Below are positions 29,625-40,360 of a stretch of DNA of 54,689 nucleotides, in pieces. How positions within the stretch are numbered: the stretch's first letter is position 1; each line of letters starts with the position of its first letter. Below the pieces are notes generated by a model. The model did no database searches and was not told the origin of the DNA. It saw only the letters and a program-made list of their open reading frames with translations. Source of the DNA: a virus (taxonomy: Duplodnaviria; Caudoviricetes); IMG/VR virus record IMGVR_UViG_3300033047_000013, positions 1 to 54,689 of that record, one strand, 5' to 3'. The translations under genes were made by a program, and so were the position numbers.

Positions 29625-32431
29625 TACACAACTGCTCCGTCAATTTGCTGTTCAGCAAGCCAAACAGTCAATGAACGTTTTACTTCTTCTTTGCTCTGAT
29701 TGGCTGCTTCTTTAGTTAAGGCGAGTACGTCATTAGAACTAATAGCACCTTCGAGCGTGAACGTCTGATTGATGTTAATAGGTGCATTGATTTGTTGACC
29801 ACCTTTGCCGCCACCGCCGAACATTTGGACGCCTAGCGAACCGTCAGAACCACGTTTGAGCGGTACAATAGCTTCTGGTCCTGCTTCCCCCATCAAACCT
29901 GTTCCCTTAGCAAATTTGAACAGCGTAGGACTGTTTACAATACCATTGGTGAACGTTCCACCTTTAGCGAATTTCTTACCGCCAGCAACTTTTCCTATGT
30001 TACCGAGCAACTTACCAAAAAACCCGCCGCCGCTACTTTTACCAGTGTCACCAGATAAAAAACCATCTAGCAATTTATCAAATGCTTTATCTAGCAACTT
30101 GTCGATGATTCTATTTAAAGCACTCACCACTGAATCTGCGAATGTTTTAATAAGACTCTGACCTTGAGCAATTCCACTTTGAAGGTCTTGAAAGAATTTC
30201 TTAGTTGTTGATCTGGCAAACTCGGTCTTTTCTTTTAATTTATCGTAAGATTCTCCCAATTTGAACAACGCAGCAGCTTCTTTCTTCAATGCTTCTGTTT
30301 GTGCAGGGCTGTACGCGATGCCCCTGAACATTTCATCGTTCAGCAGTTTACGTTCAAATCGCAACGCAGCAGCCGCTTCTTTTGTTTTACCTAATGCTTC
30401 TATTTCTGTTCCAATGGTTAAAATTGATTCACGCATTGCATTTCTTTGCTCGATGAAAGATTTCAATGCCTTGTTGGTGGCGGTCTGTTTGGCTTGTTTA
30501 GCGAGTAACATATCCAACACTTTCACTTGCCCTTCTGTCAATTTAATGTCTTGTTTCTTGATTTTAGCCAATAATTCGGTTTTACCTCTCATAATGTCTA
30601 ATTCAATACCAACAAGACCAATCGCATATCTTTCAGCACTCAACGCTCTCGTAGACGCAATCAGGTCTTCATTGAATGTTTTAAACGCTTGTTCATTCTT
30701 AAGGTTCTCTTGTAATGCTGACATTTTAGTCGCTAATTCAGTCAGTTCACCTTTTTGAGCCTTGGTTAATTTTAAACCTTTTTGACGTGCTTGATTCAAC
30801 AGAGTTGTTTCATTTTTAAGCTGTCTAGCAGCTTCGGACGTGAGGTTCAGCCCTCTGATTTCAGCTTGAATAGACCGAATTTTATTACCTGCACCTGTTT
30901 TTATATCCGCAAATTTCTCAGCATCGGTCTTACCGTCCGAATCTTTTTTACCCGCCGCAATGCCTTTGGCGATACCACGCAATTTGTCAGCCGCCTTATT
31001 TGCACCGGATTTTATACCTGCTACAATACCACCGACATAATCCACACCTTGAGCCTTGCCGATTTCTTTCATGAAGTCGGTTTCACCCAATTGCTCTTTT
31101 AGAGTTTTTGAAATTGATGTTGTGTTGAACTCCATCTTAATTGGTTCTTTACCAAACTTAACACGTATTTTATTATAAATAGCGATAACGCCATTACCCA
31201 TTTCTTTAATTCTATTGAGCATTGCATTCGCAGCCATGAGACCAAGGATTCCAAATAGTTCAGGTAATTGTTTCCATTGCGTTTTAACAGCATTAAACCC
31301 ACCAACGAAGACGCCGATTATAAAATTAACAGCCTTTTTAGCAGCACCAACAATATCGAAACCTAATATATTAGTCAGTTCATCTCTGAAAACATTAGCA
31401 GCAGCCACAATAGCAAGAAATCCTGCCACCAATAAAATAGGCAACCCCAGTGTAGCGTAGATTGAGATTGCTAAAGCCCTGAAAGCCATGACAGCTTTCC
31501 AAACCATACCAGGCATCGCAATCATTCCACGAACAATAGTTGGTGCATACATTAGTGCCAGTCCAACAGCAGCAGCCGTAGCGTAGACCGCCACAGTTGG
31601 AAGTATGTTAGCAAGACCGTTCAATGTTCCTATTGCCAACTCTGACCATTTAACCATCTGGACACCTACAACAGCCAGAGCAGTCATTACGATGACCAAC
31701 AGAGACATAGGAGAGAATACAGCCCTAAAGGACGCTGCAAGTGTTTTGAGCGCGCCTGAGAGACCCAACGGTCCTAGAATAGCACTAATTTGCGTACCTT
31801 GTTGCAATGCGACCATCATTGGGTTCATACCCATAGCCGCCGTAACACCAACGTCCTGAAATTGCGCCGCTAGATTGCCAATGTTATGACGGGCTGCACC
31901 TGATTTAATACCATGAGCTTTTACGGCATTGCCATTTGCTTTAATTGCACTGATGGCCGTCAGTGCGGCTCGACGTTGACGTTTGATAGCTGCGGTCATT
32001 TCATCGACGCTAATTGCACCCGATGCATTTGCAGCGCGGATTTCACTGAGGTTCATTTTATATCTTTGAATGACAGCAAATAGCGGGTTGTGCTTTGCTC
32101 TCAGCATGTCAAGTTTTTGACCTAATGCTTCATAACCCGCACCTGCTGACATGGCCGATTTATTAGAAACACCTGTAACGCGATTTACACGCTCCATCGT
32201 TGTACCTAATCCTGTGTATGATTTGGATAAATTGTCATTTGCTGTCTTGCCTTTGGCTGCTCGACCAACACTACGTTCCATTGTAGTGATTAGGCGCTCC
32301 ATTGTATTATTCAAACGGTCTACATTACCCTCAACCTTAGCAGCAGAAGGTGCTAGTTTATCAAGTTTGATTTTAGCGTCTGAAAGGTCGGACGTGTCGG
32401 CCTTGAAGCCAATTTCAGCAATATCTGTCAC
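29624..32431 (-). CDS. Tail tape measure protein
   Basis: 935 aa, helical; NLAAQFQDVGV...LQQGTQI; FAKGG...MGEAGPEAIVPL. Confidence 0.92.
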   Translation of the reverse strand: MTDIAEIGFKADTSDLSDAKIKLDKLAPSAAKVEGNVDRLNNTMERLITTMERSVGRAAKGKTANDNLSKSYTGLGTTMERVNRVTGVSNKSAMSAGAGYEALGQKLDMLRAKHNPLFAVIQRYKMNLSEIRAANASGAISVDEMTAAIKRQRRAALTAISAIKANGNAVKAHGIKSGAARHNIGNLAAQFQDVGVTAAMGMNPMMVALQQGTQISAILGPLGLSGALKTLAASFRAVFSPMSLLVIVMTALAVVGVQMVKWSELAIGTLNGLANILPTVAVYATAAAVGLALMYAPTIVRGMIAMPGMVWKAVMAFRALAISIYATLGLPILLVAGFLAIVAAANVFRDELTNILGFDIVGAAKKAVNFIIGVFVGGFNAVKTQWKQLPELFGILGLMAANAMLNRIKEMGNGVIAIYNKIRVKFGKEPIKMEFNTTSISKTLKEQLGETDFMKEIGKAQGVDYVGGIVAGIKSGANKAADKLRGIAKGIAAGKKDSDGKTDAEKFADIKTGAGNKIRSIQAEIRGLNLTSEAARQLKNETTLLNQARQKGLKLTKAQKGELTELATKMSALQENLKNEQAFKTFNEDLIASTRALSAERYAIGLVGIELDIMRGKTELLAKIKKQDIKLTEGQVKVLDMLLAKQAKQTATNKALKSFIEQRNAMRESILTIGTEIEALGKTKEAAAALRFERKLLNDEMFRGIAYSPAQTEALKKEAAALFKLGESYDKLKEKTEFARSTTKKFFQDLQSGIAQGQSLIKTFADSVVSALNRIIDKLLDKAFDKLLDGFLSGDTGKSSGGGFFGKLLGNIGKVAGGKKFAKGGTFTNGIVNSPTLFKFAKGTGLMGEAGPEAIVPLKRGSDGSLGVQMFGGGGKGGQQINAPININQTFTLEGAISSNDVLALTKEAANQSKEEVKRSLTVWLAEQQIDGAVV

Positions 32432-32455
32432 TTTAACAACCTTTTGTTATACGAT

Positions 32456-33228
32456 TCACTTATTGCTATCACCTTTCATACGCTCATGATAGTCCCGAAG
32501 TTCTTTATTGCATTCAGAACAATACGATTGATCCATTGCTCTAAGAATTTCATATTCTCGCATATGCATGATTGTTCCGGTGAGTTCCAACCAAGCTTTC
32601 ATTTCTGTCGGCGGTATTGGCTCACATATATCGTTCTTAACACGCTGCAAGGTATTGGATATATCAAAATACCAATCCCAAATGTCTCTTGCGAAACCTT
32701 CAATAACGATTACAGGTGGGGTTAGATGTTCTTGCCCAAAGCTTTTATTACGTTCGCGTCGAGTTTGCCCTTTTTCATTAGGTATATCGTAGCGAACGTA
32801 ATTTTTAATTGCTTCAACTAAGTCGCTTTGGATTCCCCGAAAAAAGACTTGGTTTCTCCAAGTGCTTCATCAATTTCTTCTTCAATCCAAGGAAGTTTAT
32901 CAAACACAGCGTCAACATTTTTCCTATTGAACTCTGGTATAGATCCTTCAAACGTAGTATCTTCACCTTTTTTAAGTGGATACCATTCCCATCCTGTCAT
33001 GCATGTAAAAATAAGAGTTCTTTGATTTTCTTCGAGTTCCTCTGCTTTCATATATTTACCGCGAACCTCAAGATGCTGACGGCGATTCATAAAAGCGCGT
33101 TTTAATGCTTTCGTTCGTTTATCATCAATTGAAACAAGTGTAATTCGGACGCCTAATAATTCACCCGTGTCAGGGTAATGCATTTCAACAGTCTGTTCAA
33201 TAAGTTTAATTTTAGCAATATCGGTCAT
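32456..33228 (-). CDS. Tail assembly chaperone pair: short form 33228-32818, long form by -1 frameshift to 32456
   Basis: Slippery T TTT TTC at 32839-32845; the -1 frame is open into the 32456 ORF; lies between tail tube and tape measure. Confidence 0.8.
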
Positions 33229-33282
33229 TTTGGTCGCTTTCTTTATGGGTGATTGGGTGGGTTTGACGCCCACCCAAGAGAG

Positions 33283-33831
33283 TTACGGTGCAGCAGCAGC
33301 GTCATCAACGACTTCCGCTTGAACTAGACCGAGCGTATATGTTTCCAAATCAAAATCTTCATTTCGACCATGTGCGCGAACGGGTCCGGTCACAAGACCG
33401 CGATTATATAGGATTGTATTTGAACCACCTACTTCGGGCGAATCGTTACGTTCCATTTTGAAAGCATAACTTGCGCTATTACCAACGGCTCCTGCTGTAC
33501 GCATGAGAATTTGACCAGCATCAGTCACAATACGAGCAACCTCAATTTCAGGTGAACCAGCATCGGTCATACCTTTGGCTTTCTGAATTACTGCGGTGTC
33601 CCAACTGTCGTATGTCAGAATGTTGGTATTTGAACCAGTTTCACCGTGATTACCAACATTAGAAATTAGAACCCAAGTTAAAGCTTCATATGCTACTAAA
33701 TTAAGATCAGCAGGTTGTGCAGTTGCACAAATATAAATCATTGCCCCTGCATTTGTGTTCGCGTGAGCGACAGGAAGCACTGCGAGCATCAACGCTAACG
33801 GTGCAACAGTATTTAGATAAGTATTACGCAT
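33283..33831 (-). CDS. Major tail tube protein with N-terminal leader
   Basis: YEALTWV, KAKGMTDAG, DAGQILMR; position. Confidence 0.8.
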   Translation of the reverse strand: MRNTYLNTVAPLALMLAVLPVAHANTNAGAMIYICATAQPADLNLVAYEALTWVLISNVGNHGETGSNTNILTYDSWDTAVIQKAKGMTDAGSPEIEVARIVTDAGQILMRTAGAVGNSASYAFKMERNDSPEVGGSNTILYNRGLVTGPVRAHGRNEDFDLETYTLGLVQAEVVDDAAAAP

Positions 33832-33844
33832 GATAAGAACCCTT

Positions 33845-34261
33845 TCAAAAGAAACAACGATAACGTATTGTGGATGGATATAGCATTTCCGAATCTAACG
33901 CAATAGCCCCTGTGAATTTAGGTGCTTCATATATTTGGACGCGGGATGTTCCATATAATGTATTTTTTACGAAATAATCACTGATCGAAGCAAGCGCGTC
34001 CATTGGAGTATATGCACCGGAACCATTTTTAGGCCAATGTAAAACGAGTCGGAAAATTCCCTGATACACCTGTTTTCCACCGTAATATTTATCTGGCGGG
34101 TTATTAGGAATGTGAACAATCTCAAGATATTTCTGGTCATTGGGTGGAATATCCGAATTATCTACTCCAACAAACGAAATGGGTAATGTAGGCGTAGAGG
34201 ACGCTGCAACAGCAAGAATTATCTCACCTTGTATGATTTGTAAAATTTGACGCTCTATCAT
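33845..34261 (-). CDS. Tail terminator-like protein
   Basis: YQGIFRL..HWPKNGSG; position. Confidence 0.65.
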   Translation of the reverse strand: MIERQILQIIQGEIILAVAASSTPTLPISFVGVDNSDIPPNDQKYLEIVHIPNNPPDKYYGGKQVYQGIFRLVLHWPKNGSGAYTPMDALASISDYFVKNTLYGTSRVQIYEAPKFTGAIALDSEMLYPSTIRYRCFF

Positions 34262-34683
34262 AATTTACTTCTCTTGCGAATTTCTTCGGTGTTTTTGGCA
34301 ACAATTTGCGACCAGTTCTGCAACGATGTTTCCAAAAACCCATCATGTAATTCACGATACTTGGCATAGTTTGCCGTCCAACCAAAGTGAAAAGTTGAAC
34401 CAATTGTCATTTCATTGATTTTAAGCGATGTCAGTGACGCTTCATATTGATATGAATTATCTTCTTTTAATTCACCGCGACTAGGGCCAGTTGGCATACC
34501 ATTTAATGAACCTTGACCGGACCACCGTAGAAATCCAGTTTTAATCCGCATCCGACCACCTTGTTTAACAGGTGTTTGTGCATCATTTACAACATCTTGA
34601 ACACTTTGCTGAATTAGAATCAGTGTGTTCTTCTTGCTCTTGGCAATAAAGTCATCAACCTGTGCTGTAAAAGATTTGGTCAT
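34258..34683 (-). CDS. Neck/tail completion protein (HK97 gp10-like)
   Basis: MRIKTGFLR.S, WTANYAKYRE. Confidence 0.7.
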   Translation of the reverse strand: MTKSFTAQVDDFIAKSKKNTLILIQQSVQDVVNDAQTPVKQGGRMRIKTGFLRWSGQGSLNGMPTGPSRGELKEDNSYQYEASLTSLKINEMTIGSTFHFGWTANYAKYRELHDGFLETSLQNWSQIVAKNTEEIRKRSKL

Positions 34684-34692
34684 GTGACATAA

Positions 34693-35724
34693 CTATTCCA
34701 CTTGAGCCAAGAAATCAATCACAGTTTCAAACATACAAACACAATTGGCTATTTCTTCTACGGGAGCATTTAATGATATGTCCAAAGGATGCATTAGTTT
34801 TGCGCCAGACGGTGATTCAAAGGCTTCGTTCAATCCACGTTTTTGACCTTCCATCTTACGGTGGGTATCTCTACGGTTTGACCGTCCCGATGTTCGCCAT
34901 ATTTTAGTGACATCTTGTAATCGGGCGGCTCCTAATTCCACCGCTTGCGACACAGCTTCCCAACTGGACCTATTCATTGCTTGACCAACTTCTGTTCGAG
35001 CAACGGTTTCTGCTCGGTATTTTAATGCCTTGGTTTTATAACTACCCACTAACCGTTCAACATCGGAAGCACGTAAAGGTTTACCACTCTCGATCGCACG
35101 TCGAACAACACTATCAAACCGCTTGTCTCTAAGCGTTCTAGTGAAATATCTATCATCAAGGTTCTCAAGGTCACGCCTGACATTTGCAACCCAACCCTCT
35201 TGTCGTTGATTCAATCCAATCACACCACCAGTTCTATGACCTGTCAGTGGATCTATTCGACCAACCAAATCCAAGGCTATACTTCTAGGGTTCCTACCAT
35301 CAATCATACCGCGCTGAATCACCGCTTGTGTGTTCAAACGCGCTTCCTCGGTTAGATTGGATACAAGAGATGCCGATTTGTCCCTCAACCACACCTCAGC
35401 GCGACTGTTGCGTACATCAAAGCGGAATACTGCCCGACCATCGGACGTATTTATGTATTTAGGGAAGGTATCGCCTTTCATTTTACCACCTTGCTCAAAC
35501 GTGCGCTCAATGGATGCAGTCAACGGGCGCATCGCAGCAGGTGTAAAACCAAGAGTGTGAAAAGCATCTTGAATGCGTCCATCTGAAATATTACGAATCA
35601 GCCGACCAATCAGAGTGTTATCAACAACATCTTGGATTGCGAATAGAAATGCATTGGAAACTTCCGGCTCAAACAGAGACAGGTAAGCTTCTATAATTTG
35701 GGTTTGTGTCGGTTTACGAGCCAT
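34693..35724 (-). CDS. Head morphogenesis protein (SPP1 gp7/Mu F-like)
   Basis: RAETVARTE, KIWRT, RRDTH, NCVC. Confidence 0.8.
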   Translation of the reverse strand: MARKPTQTQIIEAYLSLFEPEVSNAFLFAIQDVVDNTLIGRLIRNISDGRIQDAFHTLGFTPAAMRPLTASIERTFEQGGKMKGDTFPKYINTSDGRAVFRFDVRNSRAEVWLRDKSASLVSNLTEEARLNTQAVIQRGMIDGRNPRSIALDLVGRIDPLTGHRTGGVIGLNQRQEGWVANVRRDLENLDDRYFTRTLRDKRFDSVVRRAIESGKPLRASDVERLVGSYKTKALKYRAETVARTEVGQAMNRSSWEAVSQAVELGAARLQDVTKIWRTSGRSNRRDTHRKMEGQKRGLNEAFESPSGAKLMHPLDISLNAPVEEIANCVCMFETVIDFLAQVE

Positions 35725-35727
35725 GAT

Positions 35728-36249
35728 TTATTTAACAGTAATTTTACGATATGCCTTTTGGACGGCGCGGGCTTGTGCCAGAGCATCGTCAAAAGCATAA
35801 TGTTTCACCATGCTTTTTTCAAACTCAGACCGAACACCTGCGATGTCATAGATTGTACGAGTATCACGAATATCCCAAAACTTCCAAGGTGCTTCTAATT
35901 TATAATGGTCTAAGTAAAACTGCCAAATCGGAACATCAAATCCAGCACCATGCGACCACACGTATTTAATACCATGTTTAATGCAAAAGGCGTTAAATGA
36001 TTCGAGAGTTACCATCGGGTCGAATTGTTTATCTTCGAGCAATGCTTTTGCTTCATCACCTTGCTTGCTCCACCATTTTTTAGTGCTATCATCTTCATGG
36101 AACGCTGTTGAAATCGGTCTAAGCATGTTTGCATAATATCCAGCACCAATATCAAGACTGTGTGGGTCGAACACAACTGCACCGACAGAGCGCACGACAC
36201 AACCAGGTCGTTGACCCCAAGTTTCCAAATCAAGCATTAAATGTTTCAT
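35728..36249 (-). CDS. DEDD 3'-5' exonuclease (Rv2179c/DUF5051-like)
   Basis: LMLDLET, WSHGAGFDVP, RDTRT, HYAFDDA. Confidence 0.85.
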   Translation of the reverse strand: MKHLMLDLETWGQRPGCVVRSVGAVVFDPHSLDIGAGYYANMLRPISTAFHEDDSTKKWWSKQGDEAKALLEDKQFDPMVTLESFNAFCIKHGIKYVWSHGAGFDVPIWQFYLDHYKLEAPWKFWDIRDTRTIYDIAGVRSEFEKSMVKHYAFDDALAQARAVQKAYRKITVK

Positions 36250-36252
36250 ATC

Positions 36253-36615
36253 TTATCGCCTTACAATTAATATGTGAGCAACAGTTGTACCTGCTGCCGG
36301 AATGTTCATAGGTTCGATGATTTTATACCGTACTCCGTCAATGAGAACGAAATCACCAATAGCAGGAGTCACACCGCTTTGGACGGCATGGTTTACCTGA
36401 ATGTCAGTTGTGAAGATTACAGTACCGTCAACATATTTAAAACTGACCGTTCGTGCTGTTGCTCCAACGAGCGTAGTTTCAACTTCCGTAGGTTCACCAG
36501 GATTGTCAACAGGTCCACCAGCAGCAGTTAATGCTACATATTTGATAACACCCTGATTGAACTCGGTCATTACATCAACCACTACATCTTTTATTTCGTC
36601 GTAAAATCCTACCAT
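36253..36615 (-). CDS. Head closure / head-tail joining protein
   Basis: Size and position; GDFVLIDGVRYKII. Confidence 0.6.
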   Translation of the reverse strand: MVGFYDEIKDVVVDVMTEFNQGVIKYVALTAAGGPVDNPGEPTEVETTLVGATARTVSFKYVDGTVIFTTDIQVNHAVQSGVTPAIGDFVLIDGVRYKIIEPMNIPAAGTTVAHILIVRR

Positions 36616-36688
36616 TTTATTCTTGACTCCTATTTGACACATTGTTAGACATATGTTATACATTTAGCAATATAAAAATGATGGAACA

Positions 36689-36949
36689 ATGAATAGCCCA
36701 AAAACAACACCAGTGACAAGTAAAGTTTCACCCGCTAAAAAAAAGCGCGGTCCGAAACTGGTGTATGATTTTAGCGCATTGATAAAACCTAAAATGTCTT
36801 TCGGTGTTAAAGGTCGTAAAGCAAGACAACTTCGCACCACAATTAGTAACGCCAACAGAGACTACCACCCTAAATCATTCTATGCAGTTGACGTAGACCC
36901 TGAAACAGATCCCGATAACGCAGACGTTAGAATTGTGAGAGAAAAATGA
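36689..36949 (+). CDS. Small basic protein, opposite-strand insertion with its own promoter
   Basis: ORF preceded by the conserved tandem TTGACA motif at 36634. Confidence 0.6.
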   Translation: MNSPKTTPVTSKVSPAKKKRGPKLVYDFSALIKPKMSFGVKGRKARQLRTTISNANRDYHPKSFYAVDVDPETDPDNADVRIVREK

Positions 36950-37037
36950 GAATTGTATTTATGCACGGTCAGAAACCTTCATTCACACTTGTAATTGACC
37001 ACTGCGCTCAAGTCATATCGTTTGACGAGAGAACGCC

Positions 37038-37541
37038 TTAAACTCGCGCAACACGACCGCTCAGTGAGGACAGGTTGCTTGTACCGGATAACAGCACCGA
37101 TAAGATGTGGTCGATGATATTAAATCTGGTTTGTGTATCAGATGCTTCCGCAAACGTCCTGTATTCAACAGAAACAGCACCGTCAACCGAAACTCTATTA
37201 TATTTATTAGGCGTCCAATCCAACGTTAAAGAACCTGCTGTCGTAGCTTGGCGAAGTGCTGCTTCATATGTGGCACGTTCCACTTCGGCAGGAACCGTTG
37301 TGTAATCAATTATATCATTGTTCACATCATAAGCACTTGACCTCGGCCAATCTCTTATTTGATCGCGTTGACCAACTTTCTCACCAGACCACATATTGCG
37401 ATAAACATTATCAACCCATTCGGACGCTACCAGAAGTGACCTTGTAATGTCATCATCTGCAATGCCTGAAATACTCGTCGCGTTACCGCGTTCAGTATGA
37501 TATGTTTTGAATGCGGCTATTGTTCCGTATGTTTCGGTCAT
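37038..37541 (-). CDS. Head-tail adaptor (DnaT-like annotated family)
   Basis: YHTERG, ASEWVD, Q.RDWPR, VPAEVERATYEAA. Confidence 0.75.
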   Translation of the reverse strand: MTETYGTIAAFKTYHTERGNATSISGIADDDITRSLLVASEWVDNVYRNMWSGEKVGQRDQIRDWPRSSAYDVNNDIIDYTTVPAEVERATYEAALRQATTAGSLTLDWTPNKYNRVSVDGAVSVEYRTFAEASDTQTRFNIIDHILSVLLSGTSNLSSLSGRVARV

Positions 37542-37556
37542 GGTTGTTTCTCCAAT

Positions 37557-37591
37557 AAAAAAGCCGTCACAGGTTATCCATAACGGCTTTT
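37557..37591 (-). terminator. Intrinsic terminator
   Basis: AAAAGCCGT...ACGGCTTTT stem with a T-run. Confidence 0.55.
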
Positions 37592-37612
37592 ACAATATCT
37601 TTTGCGGTAATA

Positions 37613-38014
37613 CTAGCCTTGAAGTACCAATAATGCGATAGCACCATTTGCTTCTTCTTCGGTTGCATAACCGTCTGCATTTATAGTATCGGAAACGATT
37701 GCAACATCGTCTTTATCAACAACAAAGAATTTGTCATCACGTTTGGCGACCAATGGCTGTGGTGGGTCAAGTGCCAGAATACGTGCTTGAATTTCATCAA
37801 CCGTACCTTTTGATGAAACACCAACACTTTTAGCGTGTGCAACCAGTTCAGGTTTCTTCATTTTTGAAAGTGGGGTTGGTTCGGATTTAGCGGCAGATAT
37901 GGCTTCGGTAACTTGCTCAACCAACTCATGTTCATCTGGTTTATAATCAGTTAGATTAATGACTACGGGACCGTTCTCGGTTTTAATTGTGACGGTGGGG
38001 GTCGTTTGGGGCAT
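37613..38014 (-). CDS. Head-associated hypothetical protein with HeH/SAP-like motif
   Basis: LSKMKKPELVAHAKSVGVSSKGTVDEIQARI. Confidence 0.6.
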   Translation of the reverse strand: MPQTTPTVTIKTENGPVVINLTDYKPDEHELVEQVTEAISAAKSEPTPLSKMKKPELVAHAKSVGVSSKGTVDEIQARILALDPPQPLVAKRDDKFFVVDKDDVAIVSDTINADGYATEEEANGAIALLVLQG

Positions 38015-38037
38015 GGCATTTCCTTTGTTTGTTATAA

Positions 38038-38064
38038 AGAGGGAGCGGGTTTTCCGCTCCCTCT
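38038..38064 (-). terminator. Strong hairpin after the capsid gene
   Basis: AGAGGGAGCGG / CCGCTCCCTCT, 11-bp stem. Confidence 0.7.
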
Positions 38065-38085
38065 ATACTTTATATACTATTTAAC

Positions 38086-39315
38086 TTAACCAAGCAACAC
38101 AGCAATATGTTCCGGTTTAACGGCTTTGACACCCCAAGCTGCGGAAACTTCTGCTCGGATTTTACGATACCCTGCATAAAGAGCAATTTCAAAAGCCATA
38201 CCCGAACGTGGGTCTGTAAGCATCATACGGTCAATTGCTGCATCACCTTCAACCGGAAGGGCTGGTGCTCGCATTGCAAGTTGCATGGCGCTACGAACAA
38301 AACCAACATTAGCTTCATAAGTCGCACCAATTGTAATCGCTGTGGTGGATGTGGCAATTGCCACACGAAGACCAGGTTCAGCGAGTGTGATTGTACCACC
38401 GTTTGAAACATCGGAATCACCAGAAGCGATCATATATTTGTTTGTGTCTCCGGCAAAAGTCACTGCATCACCTGCTAAGACAGTACCAGTACCAGCAGAA
38501 GCCAGTGTGATGACGGTAGCACCGACAGCATAACCAGCATTATCAGTCGTAGCAGATGAACCTGTACCTTTTGTATGCGTGACAGATTGACCACTTTCTT
38601 TAATTGAGAAACCTGCAAGATTAAGTATCTCACCTTGGCGAAGCGTCATGTTCGTACCAGCTTCATTAGCTTTGGTTAACTGTCCTAATGTGCGAAGGGC
38701 TGCACCTGCTGTTGTATTGATGACTTGTGAGCGATCGGACGGAGCCGCGCCATTATCATCAAGGATTTTACGCAATTGAGCGGCGTCACCAACGGTAGAA
38801 GCATACGGCGTAGTGCCAGCAGTACCAGTAGCACGACATGCATTTGCAGTAATTTCCACAGCAACATCAAGTTCAATTTCATTTGTTAAGGTTCGTAGAC
38901 CTTGTGCAAAATTATCAGCCTGAATAGAGAGATAACCAGGCCCGTTGTTTAGACCTTTTTGTTCCTCACCTGTCCAACCAAAAGCAACACCTCTTGATTT
39001 GGTGATTGTCATTGTACCATTTCCGATAGTTTGATCTGCTGGTTCGGGGATTGCCATTGCTGGAGTAATGTTAAAGGCGGCGGCTGCTGGTACAACAGGC
39101 CATACGATTGATTCACCAACCGATGCACGTTCAGCAGTTGAATCGCGAGCCACGGACGGGATGAACCCTACGAGTTCGCGGGAGATTACATCAAGACCTG
39201 CATATAAATCAGGAATCAGACGTGTAAGAGTATTTGCGTAGACAGAGTTGTGAATGATCGCTGGTGCAGCGCTCAGAGCCAACATTGCCATTAGTTTTTG
39301 ATTGAGTTGGGACAT
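38086..39315 (-). CDS. Major capsid protein (P22 coat-like family) with N-terminal leader
   Basis: ANTLT.LIPDLYAGLDVISRELVG...WGVKAVKPEH; follows the scaffold gene. Confidence 0.85.
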   Translation of the reverse strand: MSQLNQKLMAMLALSAAPAIIHNSVYANTLTRLIPDLYAGLDVISRELVGFIPSVARDSTAERASVGESIVWPVVPAAAAFNITPAMAIPEPADQTIGNGTMTITKSRGVAFGWTGEEQKGLNNGPGYLSIQADNFAQGLRTLTNEIELDVAVEITANACRATGTAGTTPYASTVGDAAQLRKILDDNGAAPSDRSQVINTTAGAALRTLGQLTKANEAGTNMTLRQGEILNLAGFSIKESGQSVTHTKGTGSSATTDNAGYAVGATVITLASAGTGTVLAGDAVTFAGDTNKYMIASGDSDVSNGGTITLAEPGLRVAIATSTTAITIGATYEANVGFVRSAMQLAMRAPALPVEGDAAIDRMMLTDPRSGMAFEIALYAGYRKIRAEVSAAWGVKAVKPEHIAVLLG

Positions 39316-39517
39316 TTTGATGACCTTTTGCTAAATTGAAATAAGGGATAGGTCATCCAACCTTAGCACCGCTAATGGTAATTAAAGCGACAAACAAGAG
39401 ATAACCGATAATTATGGGTCACGTCAAGTCTATATTTTATGTAATTGTAAATGCAAAAAACCCACCACGAACGACCGAACATGATGGGTTAAGAGATGTA
39501 CTGACGAATCAGACACA

Positions 39518-40345
39518 TTAGTCGGTGATTGTTATTTCACCTTTCATAGCAATTTCAGCTTGTTGCACTGGCCCTAATTTATCAAAATCAGAACGACTTA
39601 TATGAACACCACCACCACGTTGACCGCCTTGACCGCCGTTGCCGGAACCTGAATGTGCAGCATCTTTGAGAATTTGGTCTTTGGACGGGTAGTTGCCAAC
39701 AATGATTTCAACAGCTTCATCGAAACCAGCGAGTTGACCCATGTTTTTCTGACTGTAAATCTTATTACCGCTCGAATCATATGCGACAATATTTCCGTCT
39801 TCGGTCTTGAAGTTATCGCCGAAGGTTTTACGGAACATGTCTTGCGGTATCGCAATACGGTCTTTAACAAACTGTGAACCACTAAAAGCAATATCCAGCT
39901 TCAAACTGTCATTTGTAGAAGTAAGAGATTTATTCGTTTCATTGGCTGTTGTCATTTGTTCCGTAAACGTAGCGGTCACTTCTTGTGTAATTTCGGTACG
40001 AAGTTTCTCAACATCGGCTGATTTCACAAGGTCACCAGCATCTAAATTTGCAACAGTCTTTAACGCTTCACGCGCTTTAGCCGGATCAATGCCGTCAAAC
40101 TCTTTAACACGCGCTTCGGCTTTCTCTTTAGCTTCGCGATGGTTTTTCGATTCACCGTTCAAAGTGCTAATGGTTGTTTCGTTCACAGTGAGTTCAGCAC
40201 CTTGACCGTCAATGTAAACAGGATTTCCGTCTACGAGAGCCAAATTTCCATCGTCATCTTTCTTCCAACCCTTGTTAGGGTCGAATACAACAGGGAGCGC
40301 AATCATTGCGACAGAGGACATCAGTAGGAGTTTTCTTAAGTTCAT
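39518..40345 (-). CDS. Capsid scaffolding protein (DUF6651-like)
   Basis: DGNPVY, coiled coil, FDEAVEIIV..YP.KD.IL, SGSG. Confidence 0.8.
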   Translation of the reverse strand: MNLRKLLLMSSVAMIALPVVFDPNKGWKKDDDGNLALVDGNPVYIDGQGAELTVNETTISTLNGESKNHREAKEKAEARVKEFDGIDPAKAREALKTVANLDAGDLVKSADVEKLRTEITQEVTATFTEQMTTANETNKSLTSTNDSLKLDIAFSGSQFVKDRIAIPQDMFRKTFGDNFKTEDGNIVAYDSSGNKIYSQKNMGQLAGFDEAVEIIVGNYPSKDQILKDAAHSGSGNGGQGGQRGGGVHISRSDFDKLGPVQQAEIAMKGEITITD

Positions 40346-40360
40346 GGTCGTTTCCTTTGG

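Noticed and set aside
29805-32489. Long + strand ORFs opposite the tape measure (and similar ones opposite primase, portal, terL, terS)
   Set aside because: Antisense shadows of well-supported genes, with no SD or motifs
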